Source of the DNA: Candidatus Omnitrophota bacterium
GTDB lineage: Bacteria > Omnitrophota > Gorgyraeia > Zapsychrales > JANLHA01
Reading direction: 5' to 3'
DNA length: 64,000 bases
NCBI GenBank assembly: GCA_020632555.1
Contig: JACKFI010000003.1
Location: forward strand, 4,351 to 68,350
A program made the position numbers and the translations under genes. This document shows positions 27,748 through 37,492 of the stretch, in pieces; position 1 is the first letter of the stretch, and each line of letters begins with the position of its first letter. Below the pieces are notes generated by a model that saw only the letters and a program-made list of their open reading frames with translations, made no database searches and was not told the DNA's origin.

Positions 27748-29420
27748 TCATTTTTTGTTTTATTTTTTTGGTAGCCTGCCATCTTTTTTATTTGCAGATT
27801 CTTAAAGGAGATGCGTATTACAGTTTGAGCATTAATAATAGCATTCGGGTTGTCCCGGTCGAAGCGCCGCGTGGGCGTATTTTGGATCGCAATGGAGTTG
27901 TTTTGGCTGATAATCGTCATTCATTTGATGTGACGATTGTGCCGCAGGAGTTAGACGACAAAGATGAAGTCTTCGATTTTTTGTCTCAAATTTTGCAAAT
28001 TGACAAGAACAAAATGCTTCAGCAGTTTTGGCAACGTAAAGTTGCGCCGTTTTCTCCGGTTGTTGTTGTGGAAGATGTCACCAAGGCGCAGGCGATGTCG
28101 GTGGAGGAAAATCGATATCGTTTTCCGGGTCTTTACATTGAAGAATCGTATAATCGGTATTATCCTTTCCATGAAGTTGGAGCGCATGTGTTAGGTTATG
28201 TTGGAAAGATGAATCGGGAAGAGTTAGAACAGCTCAATGATTATGGACATTCTTCCTTGAGTACCGTAGGCAAGAATGGGATTGAAGATTTTTATGATTC
28301 ATATTTGCGGGGACATGAAGGCGGCTTGCAGATGGAAATCAATAGCCGGGGGCGACAGGTTCGATTGTTGGGGATTCGGCAACCGCAGTCGGGCCAGGAT
28401 ATCACATTGACGGTAGATCAACGGGTGCAGCAAATGGCTTATGACAGCTTGGCTTCTCGTCGGGGTGCTGTGATTGTGATGAGTTTGGAAACAGGAGAAA
28501 TCTTGACAATGGTCAGTTCACCTGCGTATGACCCAAATATTTTTGTTGATAGTCAATTAAGGTCAAAAACGGGTTCGCTTTTTGTGGATCCGCAAGCGCC
28601 GTTATTAAACCGCGCGATTAAAGGACAGTATCCGCCTGGGTCGGTTTTTAAAATTGTTGTCGCGGCTGCTGGGCTGGCCACCAATCGATTGGATCCGGCA
28701 AGAACTTATAATTGTGACGGGGTTTATGAATTGGGCGCGGCGAAATTTCGTTGCATGCATACGCATGGTCCGCAAAATCTTTTTCAGGGGATTATGCATT
28801 CCTGTAATATCTATTTTTATAATGTCAGTCAGGCAATTGGCGCGGAATCGATCTATCGCTATGCGCGTTTGTTGGGACTGGGACGCTTAACAGGCATTGA
28901 TATTCCGTTTGAGGAAAAAGGAAATTTGAGCGGGCCTTCTTTGCGCAAATGGTATACGGGCGATACGTTGAATATGTCGATTGGTCAGGGAGATGTTTTG
29001 GCAACCCCTATGCAGCTTTTGCGGGTGTTGGCGACGGTTGGATTAAATGGCCGTGAGGTGCAACCGTATTTTCTAAAAGCGATCAATCATCAGGAGCTGG
29101 TGAAATTATCAACCAGCCGTCAGGTGGGAATGATTCCGCAAGTTTATGAAATTCTCAATAATGCTTTGCGCATGGTTGTCGATGAATCCGGAGGAACGGC
29201 CCATATTTTGGATATTCCCAATATGAAGGTTGCTGGCAAAACGGGGACCGCGCAGTCTGGGCGGGGAAAAGACAGTCACGCGTGGTTTGTTGGGTACACA
29301 TTGGATACTCAGCCGCGGGTTGCGATTTGTGTTTTTTTGGAATATGGAGGGTCCAGTCATAATTCTGTTGTTGTTGCTCAGGATATTCTAAATCAAATGC
29401 GTTTAGCGGATATTCTTTAA
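27723..29420 (+). CDS. mrdA: Penicillin-binding protein 2 (elongasome transpeptidase)
   Basis: SxxK 'GSVFK', SxN 'HSCN', KTG 'GKTGTA'. N-terminal 'RGRILDRNG' block. Confidence 0.9.
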   Translation: MRLKVIFIIIFCFIFLVACHLFYLQILKGDAYYSLSINNSIRVVPVEAPRGRILDRNGVVLADNRHSFDVTIVPQELDDKDEVFDFLSQILQIDKNKMLQQFWQRKVAPFSPVVVVEDVTKAQAMSVEENRYRFPGLYIEESYNRYYPFHEVGAHVLGYVGKMNREELEQLNDYGHSSLSTVGKNGIEDFYDSYLRGHEGGLQMEINSRGRQVRLLGIRQPQSGQDITLTVDQRVQQMAYDSLASRRGAVIVMSLETGEILTMVSSPAYDPNIFVDSQLRSKTGSLFVDPQAPLLNRAIKGQYPPGSVFKIVVAAAGLATNRLDPARTYNCDGVYELGAAKFRCMHTHGPQNLFQGIMHSCNIYFYNVSQAIGAESIYRYARLLGLGRLTGIDIPFEEKGNLSGPSLRKWYTGDTLNMSIGQGDVLATPMQLLRVLATVGLNGREVQPYFLKAINHQELVKLSTSRQVGMIPQVYEILNNALRMVVDESGGTAHILDIPNMKVAGKTGTAQSGRGKDSHAWFVGYTLDTQPRVAICVFLEYGGSSHNSVVVAQDILNQMRLADIL

Positions 29421-29443
29421 TCATGAGTAAAAAAGGATTTTGA

Positions 29444-30550
29444 ATGCGTCGAGAATTAGAATTAAAAATTTGGATTTTTACGGCCTGTATTGTTTTGATG
29501 GGGCTGGTTGTTTTGTATAGTGCCGCTTATCAAAATGCGCGCGTCTCAATTAAAGTTTTTTATGATCAATTGTATTGCGCTGGATTTGGTTTTACATTGA
29601 TGTATTTAATTTCCCGGGTTAATTATCGGCGATTTTATGATATCGCGTATATTGTTTACGCGATTATGATGATTTTATTATTTTTAGTTTTAATTAAAGG
29701 GCGATACGCTCTGGGGGCTCAACGCTGGTTTTCTTTTGCGGGGATTACGTTTCAACCATCGGAAATTGCAAAGTTGGGCATGATTCTAGCTCTGGGGCGG
29801 TATTTTAGTCAACGGCGGCCAACTTTTAAATTTGGTACTAAGAGCAATAGTAAGGCTTTATGGAATCATTTGCTGGCGCCTCTTTTTATAACTGCTGTTC
29901 CTATGCTTTTTATTTTTAAGCAACCGGATTTAGGGACAGCCATTTTAATTTTTGGGATTTTTTTCATTATGACTTATGCCAGCGGTATTGAAATGAAATT
30001 TTTAGGGGGATTTTCCGCTTTGTGTTTGGCTGCCGCTCCTTTTATGTGGCATATTCTAAAACCATATCAACGAGATCGTCTTTTGGTTTTTTTAAATCCC
30101 AATATTGATCCTTTGGGAGCTGGCTATACGATTATTCAATCGAAGATTGCTTTGGGTTCAGGCCAATTTTTTGGAAAAGGATGGTTGTCGGGAACTCAGA
30201 ATCAATTGAATTTCTTGCCGGAACAACACACGGATTTTATTTTTTCTGTTGTGGGGGAGGAGTGGGGATTCTTGGGTTCCATGTTGTTATTGTTAGCTTA
30301 TGGAGGGCTTATTTATACTGGTTTAAAGATTGCAGAACAAGTCAATGATAAATTTGGGACGCAAGTGGCCGTTGGTATTGTTGGGATTTTAGCCTTGCAG
30401 GTTATTATTAATATGGGAATGGTCATGGGTCTGTTTCCAGTGGTTGGAATCACATTGCCAATGATCAGTTATGGCCGAACCTCGTTTATGATTTTTATGA
30501 TTATGATGGGATTTTTATTGAGTTTAAGCAAGCGTCGAACGGTTTTTTGA
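29444..30550 (+). CDS. rodA: SEDS-family peptidoglycan polymerase RodA
   Basis: 'FQPSEIAKL', 'QPDLGTA', 'LPEQHTDFIFS' and about 10 TM segments. Confidence 0.9.
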   Translation: MRRELELKIWIFTACIVLMGLVVLYSAAYQNARVSIKVFYDQLYCAGFGFTLMYLISRVNYRRFYDIAYIVYAIMMILLFLVLIKGRYALGAQRWFSFAGITFQPSEIAKLGMILALGRYFSQRRPTFKFGTKSNSKALWNHLLAPLFITAVPMLFIFKQPDLGTAILIFGIFFIMTYASGIEMKFLGGFSALCLAAAPFMWHILKPYQRDRLLVFLNPNIDPLGAGYTIIQSKIALGSGQFFGKGWLSGTQNQLNFLPEQHTDFIFSVVGEEWGFLGSMLLLLAYGGLIYTGLKIAEQVNDKFGTQVAVGIVGILALQVIINMGMVMGLFPVVGITLPMISYGRTSFMIFMIMMGFLLSLSKRRTVF

Positions 30551-30643
30551 TAAAATTTTGCATTTCCTTATATTATTCCACGGAGAGTTAACTATAATAG
30601 GAATGTATTTTTGTTGATTTGTAAAAATTACGGAAAGGTGAGC

Positions 30644-32092
30644 ATGAGCATTTTAAAACAACGTGTGAGTCGAGCGGTCCTAAGCAATAAGTATTTACGG
30701 CAGGAAATTTTTATTGCTTTTTGTCTGATTATGCTGACCTTGTTGGTTTTTATTGGTTATCTTTTCCCCGGTGTTTCCGCCAATTCTTGGTTTGCTAATC
30801 GCGCGACATTGCCACTGGTGATCGGTATTATTATCATGATTCTAACGATTGGATTTTTGATTATTTGGCAAATTGTGGAGCCGATTATTCGTTTGAATCG
30901 CGAAGCAAAAATGATTGCTTCGGGAGATTTAACGCGTGAAATCTGTTTGACGCGTGAAGATGAGTTGGGAGAATTAGGATCATCTGTGAATGCTTTGACT
31001 CGTCGGATTCGTGAGAATGTTGAAGAATTGAATAATCTCAATAAAAAAACAGAAGTGCTCAACGATGAGATTAATAATCGCATTGTGATGTTATCGAATT
31101 TGATGGAAATCAGCAATGGCATTGCGCAGAAAGCGGCTTTGAAGGATATTTTACGGATTGCGGTTGAAAAATGTTTTCCGGAACAAGAAATGTCTTTTGG
31201 CTGTGTTATTTTAAAGGACGAACAGACCAATGAGTACCGAATTCAATACCTGCATAGTGCGCATGAAGAGCAGCTGAATCGTCGCGGGTTAAATGCTATG
31301 AAAATTGCTTTGGGGATTGGTGTTTTAGGCAAAGCGATTCTTAAACAAGAGGCCGTTGTGATTGATCAGGCAACCAAGATGACCAGAGAAATTGAAGATT
31401 TTAAGGGAATGTTTTTGGTGAATAATGCGATTATTTCGCCAATTTCGTCGACGGATAACGCGCATGGTTTGATTATCGCGGCTAATGAGCGGCCAGATTA
31501 TTATTGCACCGAGACACAGAAGGATTTGTTGCAGCTGGTTTCCAAACATATCGCGATTGCAGTTTTAAATGAAAAACTTTCAAAAGAGGTTGAAAAATTT
31601 GAGATGACCGATTCTTTGACAGGTTTGTATAACAATGCTTATGCGAGGAGTCGTTTAGGGTTTGAAGTTAAGCAGGCCGTTTATACACAAAAAACATGTT
31701 CATTTGTTTTAATGAAGATTGATCGTTTCAAGGATTATTTAACAGCATTCGGTCATATCGGTGTTGAAGACGCGCTTTTAAAGATTGCTGCTGTTTTTAA
31801 AGAGTGTTTATCTTCTGACGCCAAGGCCGCGCGATTTGCCGAGCATGAGTTTGCTTTGGTTTTGCCGTCGGTTAATAAGCGGGATGCGATTGCGCTAACT
31901 GAGGATATTGTAAAAAAGATTGCTGAAAGATTTGCTCAGGAAGAAAATCCTGCGCGTCATTTGACTGTGACAGCGGCTGTTGTTGAAAATCCTTTGGATG
32001 GTCGCACAGCTGATGATTTAATTTTAAGAAGCGGCATTATTTTAGCCGACACCATCGAACAGGGTGGGAATCGAGTGGGGTATCAAAAATAA
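30644..32092 (+). CDS. Membrane HAMP-GAF-GGDEF protein with a degenerate GGDEF active site
   Basis: The ATG at 30644 follows GGAAAGGTGAG. Two TM segments. HAMP block 'IVEPIIRLNREAKMIASGDLT...ELGELGSSVNALT', a GAF-sized middle region, and a GGDEF-domain start 'DSLTGLYNNAY'. The signature reads 'RFAEHEF' instead of RxGGDEF. Confidence 0.8.
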   Translation: MSILKQRVSRAVLSNKYLRQEIFIAFCLIMLTLLVFIGYLFPGVSANSWFANRATLPLVIGIIIMILTIGFLIIWQIVEPIIRLNREAKMIASGDLTREICLTREDELGELGSSVNALTRRIRENVEELNNLNKKTEVLNDEINNRIVMLSNLMEISNGIAQKAALKDILRIAVEKCFPEQEMSFGCVILKDEQTNEYRIQYLHSAHEEQLNRRGLNAMKIALGIGVLGKAILKQEAVVIDQATKMTREIEDFKGMFLVNNAIISPISSTDNAHGLIIAANERPDYYCTETQKDLLQLVSKHIAIAVLNEKLSKEVEKFEMTDSLTGLYNNAYARSRLGFEVKQAVYTQKTCSFVLMKIDRFKDYLTAFGHIGVEDALLKIAAVFKECLSSDAKAARFAEHEFALVLPSVNKRDAIALTEDIVKKIAERFAQEENPARHLTVTAAVVENPLDGRTADDLILRSGIILADTIEQGGNRVGYQK

Positions 32093-32178
32093 GGGGTTGG
32101 GAGTATATTCAAGCAGGCAGAGGTTTTTTGTGAGGATTATTTATTGTGTTGAGCGTTAAGGAACAGGAATAATTTTTT

Positions 32179-32631
32179 ATGCAAAATCCCAGACGTACGT
32201 CCACAAAACAACTCGGACAGGTTTTAATTGAACGTGGGGTTATCGATCACGAACAAGTGTTGATGGCCATTACTTATCAGCGTGAAAAAGGTGGACTTTT
32301 TGGAGAAGTTCTTGTCCAATTGAAGTTTGCCACCGAAGAAGATATCGCTCAGGCTTTGACGTGCCAGTATGGGTTTCCGTATTTGCCTTTGGCGAATTAT
32401 GAAATTGATCAAGAGGTGATCAGTACAATTCCAGAGAATGTGTGTTTGCAATTTTGTCTTATTCCAGTCGATAAGATTGGAAAAAGTTTAACGTTGGCAA
32501 TGGCCGATCCGTTAAACCAGAACGCCATTGATGATGTTGAGTTGATTACCGGAGCGACCGTTCAAGCCTTCGTGAGTACTTCCAGTGATATTAAGGAAGC
32601 CATCGCACGCTATTATAAACCTGCAAGTTGA
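32179..32631 (+). CDS. Stand-alone MshEN / GspE-N-terminal (T2SSE_N) domain protein
   Basis: 'QLGQVLIERGVIDHEQVLMAITYQ' + REKGG + 'LFGEVLVQLKFATEEDIAQALTCQ' fits the tandem 24-residue MshEN pattern (R)LGxxLLxxGLLxxxxLxxxLxxQ. There is no ATPase domain. Confidence 0.7.
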   Translation: MQNPRRTSTKQLGQVLIERGVIDHEQVLMAITYQREKGGLFGEVLVQLKFATEEDIAQALTCQYGFPYLPLANYEIDQEVISTIPENVCLQFCLIPVDKIGKSLTLAMADPLNQNAIDDVELITGATVQAFVSTSSDIKEAIARYYKPAS

Positions 32632-32635
32632 TCTT

Positions 32636-34357
32636 ATGTCGTCTCTTAAAGAACGCTTGGTCGAAATTCTTATTTATGACAAGATTCTCAAACAAGAGGA
32701 TCTTGATCTTGCTTTAGCCGAACAGAAAAAAAGCGGCGGTGAACTGAGTAAGATTTTAGTTCGTCTTAAATTTATAAATGAGGACGATTTGACCCATGCG
32801 TTAAGTACCGGCTTGGGTATGCCTCCGATTGATATTTCCCGCCTTAAAATTGATCCGGCTGTAGTTAAGATTATTCCGCAGGACGTTGCCGCTAAATATC
32901 AAATTATTGCCATTTCCAGAATGGGCGATAATTTGACATTGGCTATGGCTGATCCGCTGAATATCTTTGCTATCGATAATGTGAAAGCTTTAACCGGAAT
33001 GAATATTGTTCCTATTATAGCGCGGGCGGCTTTGGTTCAGCAGACGATTGAAAAGTATTATACGACGGATTCCGGCGAGGCTTTGCAAAAAATCATTCAA
33101 GATATGAAGGACGCCGATGATATTGAATTGATTCGGGACAATGAGACTAAGGGCGGGGCCGACGATTTAACCGAAGATGCTCCGATGATCAAGTTGACGG
33201 ACACGATTATTCATCAAGGAGTATTGTCCAAAGCTAGTGACGTTTTTATTGAACCCATGGAAAAGACGATGCGCATTCGCTATCGCGTTGATGGGATTAT
33301 TCGCGAGGTGGATCGAATGGCCAAGGCTTTGTTGGCGCCGATTGTTTCGCGGATTAAAGTCATCAGTTCTTTGGACATTTCAGAACAGCGTCTGCCGCAA
33401 GATGGCCGATTTAAGACGATTATGACGGGAAATCGTGAAGTGGATTTTCGTGTGAGTATTTTGCCGACGGCTTATGGGGAAAAAGTTGTTTTGCGTATTT
33501 TAGATAAAACTGCCGGTATTTTGGATTTAAGCAAATTAGGTTTGGAACCAGATTCGATGAAGAAGTTGCAGGATTGCGGTTTGCGTCCCCATGGGATGAT
33601 TTTATGTTGCGGGCCGACGGGCAGCGGGAAAACAACGACATTGTATTCGCTTTTGAAATTTGTTGATTCGGCTGAAAAGAATATTATTACTGTCGAAGAT
33701 CCTGTCGAGTATCAGATCAAGGGGATGAATCAGGTCAATGTTCGTCCGTCTGTCGGATTGACTTTTGCCGCGAGTTTGCGTTCAATTTTGCGTCAGGACC
33801 CTGATATCATCATGGTCGGGGAAATTCGCGATTCAGAAACTTTGGATATTTCGGTGAAGGCGGCTTTGACGGGGCATTTGGTCTTAAGTTCATTGCACAC
33901 GACCACAGCGGCCGGTTCCATTGTTCGTATGATGAATATGGGCATTGAACCGTTTTTATTATGTTCGTCGGTGATCGCGATTGTTGGGCAACGTTTGATT
34001 CGACGAATTTGTCAAAAATGCAAAGAACCTTTTCCTGTTACTGCCGAGATGGCGCTTAAACTGAATTTGAATAAAAAGAATTCCAGTCAGGAAGTTGTGT
34101 TATTTCGCGGTAAGGGATGCAATGCGTGCTCGAACACGGGTTATGGCGGTCGACTTGTGATTTGTGAAATTATGGTTTTAACGCCCAAGGTGAAGGAAAA
34201 GATTTTAGAGCGCGTGGGTGAATTAAAGATTAAAGAAACTGCTCGTCGTGAAGGAATGATTACGATGCGCGAAGATGGGTTGATTAAGGCGTTTGCGGGT
34301 TTGACCACTTTAGAGGAAGTTTTGCGTGTGACAGCTCCCGATGAGGATTTGAAGTAA
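32636..34357 (+). CDS. pilB: Type IV pilus / T2SS assembly ATPase, paralog 1
   Basis: The ATG at 32636 follows the upstream stop. N-terminal GspE_N repeats, Walker A 'GPTGSGKTTT', 'IMVGEIRD', 'LVLSSLHT', tetracysteine 'CQKC...CNAC'. Confidence 0.9.
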   Translation: MSSLKERLVEILIYDKILKQEDLDLALAEQKKSGGELSKILVRLKFINEDDLTHALSTGLGMPPIDISRLKIDPAVVKIIPQDVAAKYQIIAISRMGDNLTLAMADPLNIFAIDNVKALTGMNIVPIIARAALVQQTIEKYYTTDSGEALQKIIQDMKDADDIELIRDNETKGGADDLTEDAPMIKLTDTIIHQGVLSKASDVFIEPMEKTMRIRYRVDGIIREVDRMAKALLAPIVSRIKVISSLDISEQRLPQDGRFKTIMTGNREVDFRVSILPTAYGEKVVLRILDKTAGILDLSKLGLEPDSMKKLQDCGLRPHGMILCCGPTGSGKTTTLYSLLKFVDSAEKNIITVEDPVEYQIKGMNQVNVRPSVGLTFAASLRSILRQDPDIIMVGEIRDSETLDISVKAALTGHLVLSSLHTTTAAGSIVRMMNMGIEPFLLCSSVIAIVGQRLIRRICQKCKEPFPVTAEMALKLNLNKKNSSQEVVLFRGKGCNACSNTGYGGRLVICEIMVLTPKVKEKILERVGELKIKETARREGMITMREDGLIKAFAGLTTLEEVLRVTAPDEDLK

Positions 34358-34417
34358 GGTGTAGCATTTGTTGCAAAGTATTTTTGAAAATTATAACGAC
34401 TTGGGATTAGGCAGGAT

Positions 34418-36127
34418 ATGGCAGAAACTTTAAAAACCAAGATTCTTGCGCGTCTGCTGGACTCTTTGAAGTTAAAAAAAGAGGATTTGGATGCCGCTTT
34501 GAAATTGCAAAAAGAAAAAGGGATTCCGCTTGAGCGGGTTTTGATGGAGCAGGGGCTGATTAATGAGCAGGATTTATTATTGCTCTTGGTCAAGGAATTG
34601 CATATTCCTTTTATTAACTTGAAGAAGTATAAGATTGATCTGGAATTGAAAACAGTGATAACGGAAAAAGTTGCTCGTCAGTACCATATCGTTCCGCTTT
34701 CGCAAATGGAAGACACTTTGACCATTGCTCTTTCGGATCCGTTGAATATTTTTGCTTTAGATGACATCAAAAACATTACAGGCAAGAATATTGACGTGGT
34801 GATGAGTACCAATTCAGAGATTTTGCACGCAATAGATCATTATTATGGATCCAAGGCGACCGCTTCAGTTTCAGATATTAGTAAAAGTATTGAGTTTGAA
34901 CAGTTTGAAATTGTTTCTGAAAAAGAAGGGGCTCAGCAGGATGATGTGGATGCGCAAGAGGGTGAACAAGCGCCGATTATTCGTTTGGTGAATTTGATTA
35001 TACAAGAATCGCTCAAACAACGCGCATCGGATATTCATATTGAACCGATGGCTGATCTGGTGCGAGTTCGTTATCGCGTCGATGGTGTTTTGTTGGAGGC
35101 GATGAATTTTCCCAAGAGCAATCAGAATTCTGTTTTGGTTCGCTTAAAGATTATGGCGCGGCTGGATATTACCGCGACGCGCACACCGCAAGACGGCCGG
35201 TTTAAAATGAATATTGGAGCCAAGGAAGTGGATTTTCGTGTTTCGGTTTTGCCGACGATTTTTGGGCAAAAGGTTGTTATGCGTATTTTAGACCGAAAGA
35301 ATTTATCCATTGGTTTGAATGGTTTAGGTTTTTCTGAGCATTCGATTAAGATTTTGCAAGAGGGAATTCATAGTCCGTTTGGCATGATTCTGGTGACCGG
35401 CCCGACCGGTAGCGGGAAGTCAACGACGCTGTATTCCATTATTAATGAGCTGAATAGTGTTGAAAGAAATATTATCACCGTTGAAGATCCTGTGGAATAT
35501 TTGATTGAGGGATTGACTCAAATTCATGTGCGTTCTGATATTGGTTTGACTTTTGCGTCTGGCTTGCGCGCTATTTTACGGCAAAGCCCGGATATTGTTA
35601 TGGTCGGTGAGATTCGTGACGTTGAGACAGCGGATATTTCGATTAAAGCGGCTTTGACCGGCCAGATGGTTTTTTCGACCTTGCATACCAATGACGCGGC
35701 GGGGGCTTTGACACGTTTGGTCGATATGGGGGTTGAGCCATTTTTGGTGGCTTCCAGTATTGTTTTGGTTTGCGCTCAGCGTTTGTGCCGAAGAATTTGT
35801 ACGCATTGCAAACATCAGGTGGAGGCGCCTTCCTGGATTGCCAAAGGCATGCAAGAAAAGATCCCGCCGGGGACAATCTTTTACGAGGGCAAAGGGTGTG
35901 ATTATTGCCGTATGACGGGTTATCGCGGACGGATAGGTATTACCGAAGTATTTCAAGTTGACGATATGGTTCGCGAGATGTTAATTCTGGGTAAATCGTC
36001 TGACGAAATTAAAGAATATGCTCATAAAACCAAAGGGATGAGACTTTTGTGGGATGAAATTATGGATAAATTTATCAGTGGTGAAACGACAGTGCAGGAA
36101 GTTTTACGTTTAACAATGGATGAATAG
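34418..36127 (+). CDS. pilB: Type IV pilus / T2SS assembly ATPase, paralog 2
   Basis: Same architecture as paralog 1: 'GPTGSGKSTT', 'VMVGEIRD', 'MVFSTLHT', 'CTHC...CDYC'. Confidence 0.9.
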   Translation: MAETLKTKILARLLDSLKLKKEDLDAALKLQKEKGIPLERVLMEQGLINEQDLLLLLVKELHIPFINLKKYKIDLELKTVITEKVARQYHIVPLSQMEDTLTIALSDPLNIFALDDIKNITGKNIDVVMSTNSEILHAIDHYYGSKATASVSDISKSIEFEQFEIVSEKEGAQQDDVDAQEGEQAPIIRLVNLIIQESLKQRASDIHIEPMADLVRVRYRVDGVLLEAMNFPKSNQNSVLVRLKIMARLDITATRTPQDGRFKMNIGAKEVDFRVSVLPTIFGQKVVMRILDRKNLSIGLNGLGFSEHSIKILQEGIHSPFGMILVTGPTGSGKSTTLYSIINELNSVERNIITVEDPVEYLIEGLTQIHVRSDIGLTFASGLRAILRQSPDIVMVGEIRDVETADISIKAALTGQMVFSTLHTNDAAGALTRLVDMGVEPFLVASSIVLVCAQRLCRRICTHCKHQVEAPSWIAKGMQEKIPPGTIFYEGKGCDYCRMTGYRGRIGITEVFQVDDMVREMLILGKSSDEIKEYAHKTKGMRLLWDEIMDKFISGETTVQEVLRLTMDE

Positions 36128-36228
36128 GATCGGCATCCGGATGGAACATCTCTTTTTTAGAAAAGATTTTTTGATGATAGAAAATATGTTAGAATGTCCT
36201 GTGTTTTTTAGGAAAAGAAAGGAACTCT

Positions 36229-37437
36229 TTGATGCCAACGTTTAAATATGTATCGAAAGACTGGGATTCAAAAAGCGTTGTCGGAAAAATTGTTGCCGAT
36301 GATGAGGGCAAGGTCATTGAGGAATTGCGCAAACGCAATTTGACCATTATTTCGATTGATTTGGTTAAAGAGTCAGCGGCTCGTAAGGCAGCTTTTGGCG
36401 GAGCGAAAGTTAAAGAAGATGATTTGGTTATTTTTAGCCGGCAACTTTCCACTATGATTGATTCTGGAATTCCAATTTTACAGGCTTTGGATGCTTTGCA
36501 AGAACAAATCACGCATCCTGGTTTTAAAGGTGTGGTTGTTGCTGTGCGGGATGATATTCAAATGGGGGGCAGTCTTTCGGCATCCTTTGCCAAGCATCCG
36601 CGCGCTTTTGACACCTTGTTTGTTAACATGGTCAAAGTGGGGGAAACCGGCGGTGTTTTGAGCCAGATTCTGGATCGAATTGCCGGTTATTTGGAAAAAT
36701 CTTTGCGGCTTAAACGTAAAGTTCAGTCAGCGATGATTTATCCGGCCGTTGTTGTGACCATGGCCGCTTTGATTACTATTCTGCTTTTGGTTAAAGTTGT
36801 CCCGACGTTTGCGGGAATTTACACTTCATTTAATAAAGAATTACCGGGTATGACACAAGCTTTGATTAATGTGAGTAATTTGTTGCAGCATAATCTGCTG
36901 GGCTTGATTGCGGGCGTTGTGATTTTTGGGTTTTTGCTGAATCGAGCTTATCGGACAGATATGGGGCGGCTTTATATCGACAGTTTTGTTTTGAAAATGC
37001 CCATTTTTGGCGATATTATCCGCAAAGTTGCTATCGCGCGTTTTAGCCGCACCTTATCGATTCTTTTGCAAACGGGTGTTCCCATTCTTGAATCATTTGA
37101 TATTGTTGGAAAATCCAGCGGGAATCGTGTGATTGAAGGCGTTATTGAAACAGTTAAAGCCAATGTTGCTGAAGGAGAAAGCATTGCCGCTCCGCTGCTT
37201 AAAAGTGGTGTTTTTCCGCCGATGGTCACGCGCATGATTTCTATTGGCGAGAAATCCGGCCAACTTGAAAAAATGCTGACTAAGATTGCTGATTTTTATG
37301 ATGATCAGGTTGATACGGCTGTTAATGGGCTGACCAGCATTATTGAGCCTTTGATTATTGGGGTTTTGGGTATTGTGGTTGGATTCATTGTTATCGCTCT
37401 GTTTATGCCGATTATTAGCATTACGACAATTATTTAA
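36229..37437 (+). CDS. pilC: Type IV pilus platform protein PilC/GspF
   Basis: Two GspF repeats ('FSRQLSTMIDSGIPILQAL', 'FSRTLSILLQTGVPILESF') and 3 TM segments. Confidence 0.9.
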   Translation: MMPTFKYVSKDWDSKSVVGKIVADDEGKVIEELRKRNLTIISIDLVKESAARKAAFGGAKVKEDDLVIFSRQLSTMIDSGIPILQALDALQEQITHPGFKGVVVAVRDDIQMGGSLSASFAKHPRAFDTLFVNMVKVGETGGVLSQILDRIAGYLEKSLRLKRKVQSAMIYPAVVVTMAALITILLLVKVVPTFAGIYTSFNKELPGMTQALINVSNLLQHNLLGLIAGVVIFGFLLNRAYRTDMGRLYIDSFVLKMPIFGDIIRKVAIARFSRTLSILLQTGVPILESFDIVGKSSGNRVIEGVIETVKANVAEGESIAAPLLKSGVFPPMVTRMISIGEKSGQLEKMLTKIADFYDDQVDTAVNGLTSIIEPLIIGVLGIVVGFIVIALFMPIISITTII

Positions 37438-37492
37438 TCGAAAGTTACTTAAATGATGAAACATTGAGCGCAACCTGCTTGTGTTTTAGAGA

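Noticed and set aside
34141-34593. 150-aa minus-strand ORF spanning the pilB1/pilB2 junction; also 36189..36512 (-) and 44656..45042 (-)
   Set aside because: They are antisense to strongly supported pilus genes. They are low-complexity Ser/Lys/Arg-rich translations without start context.
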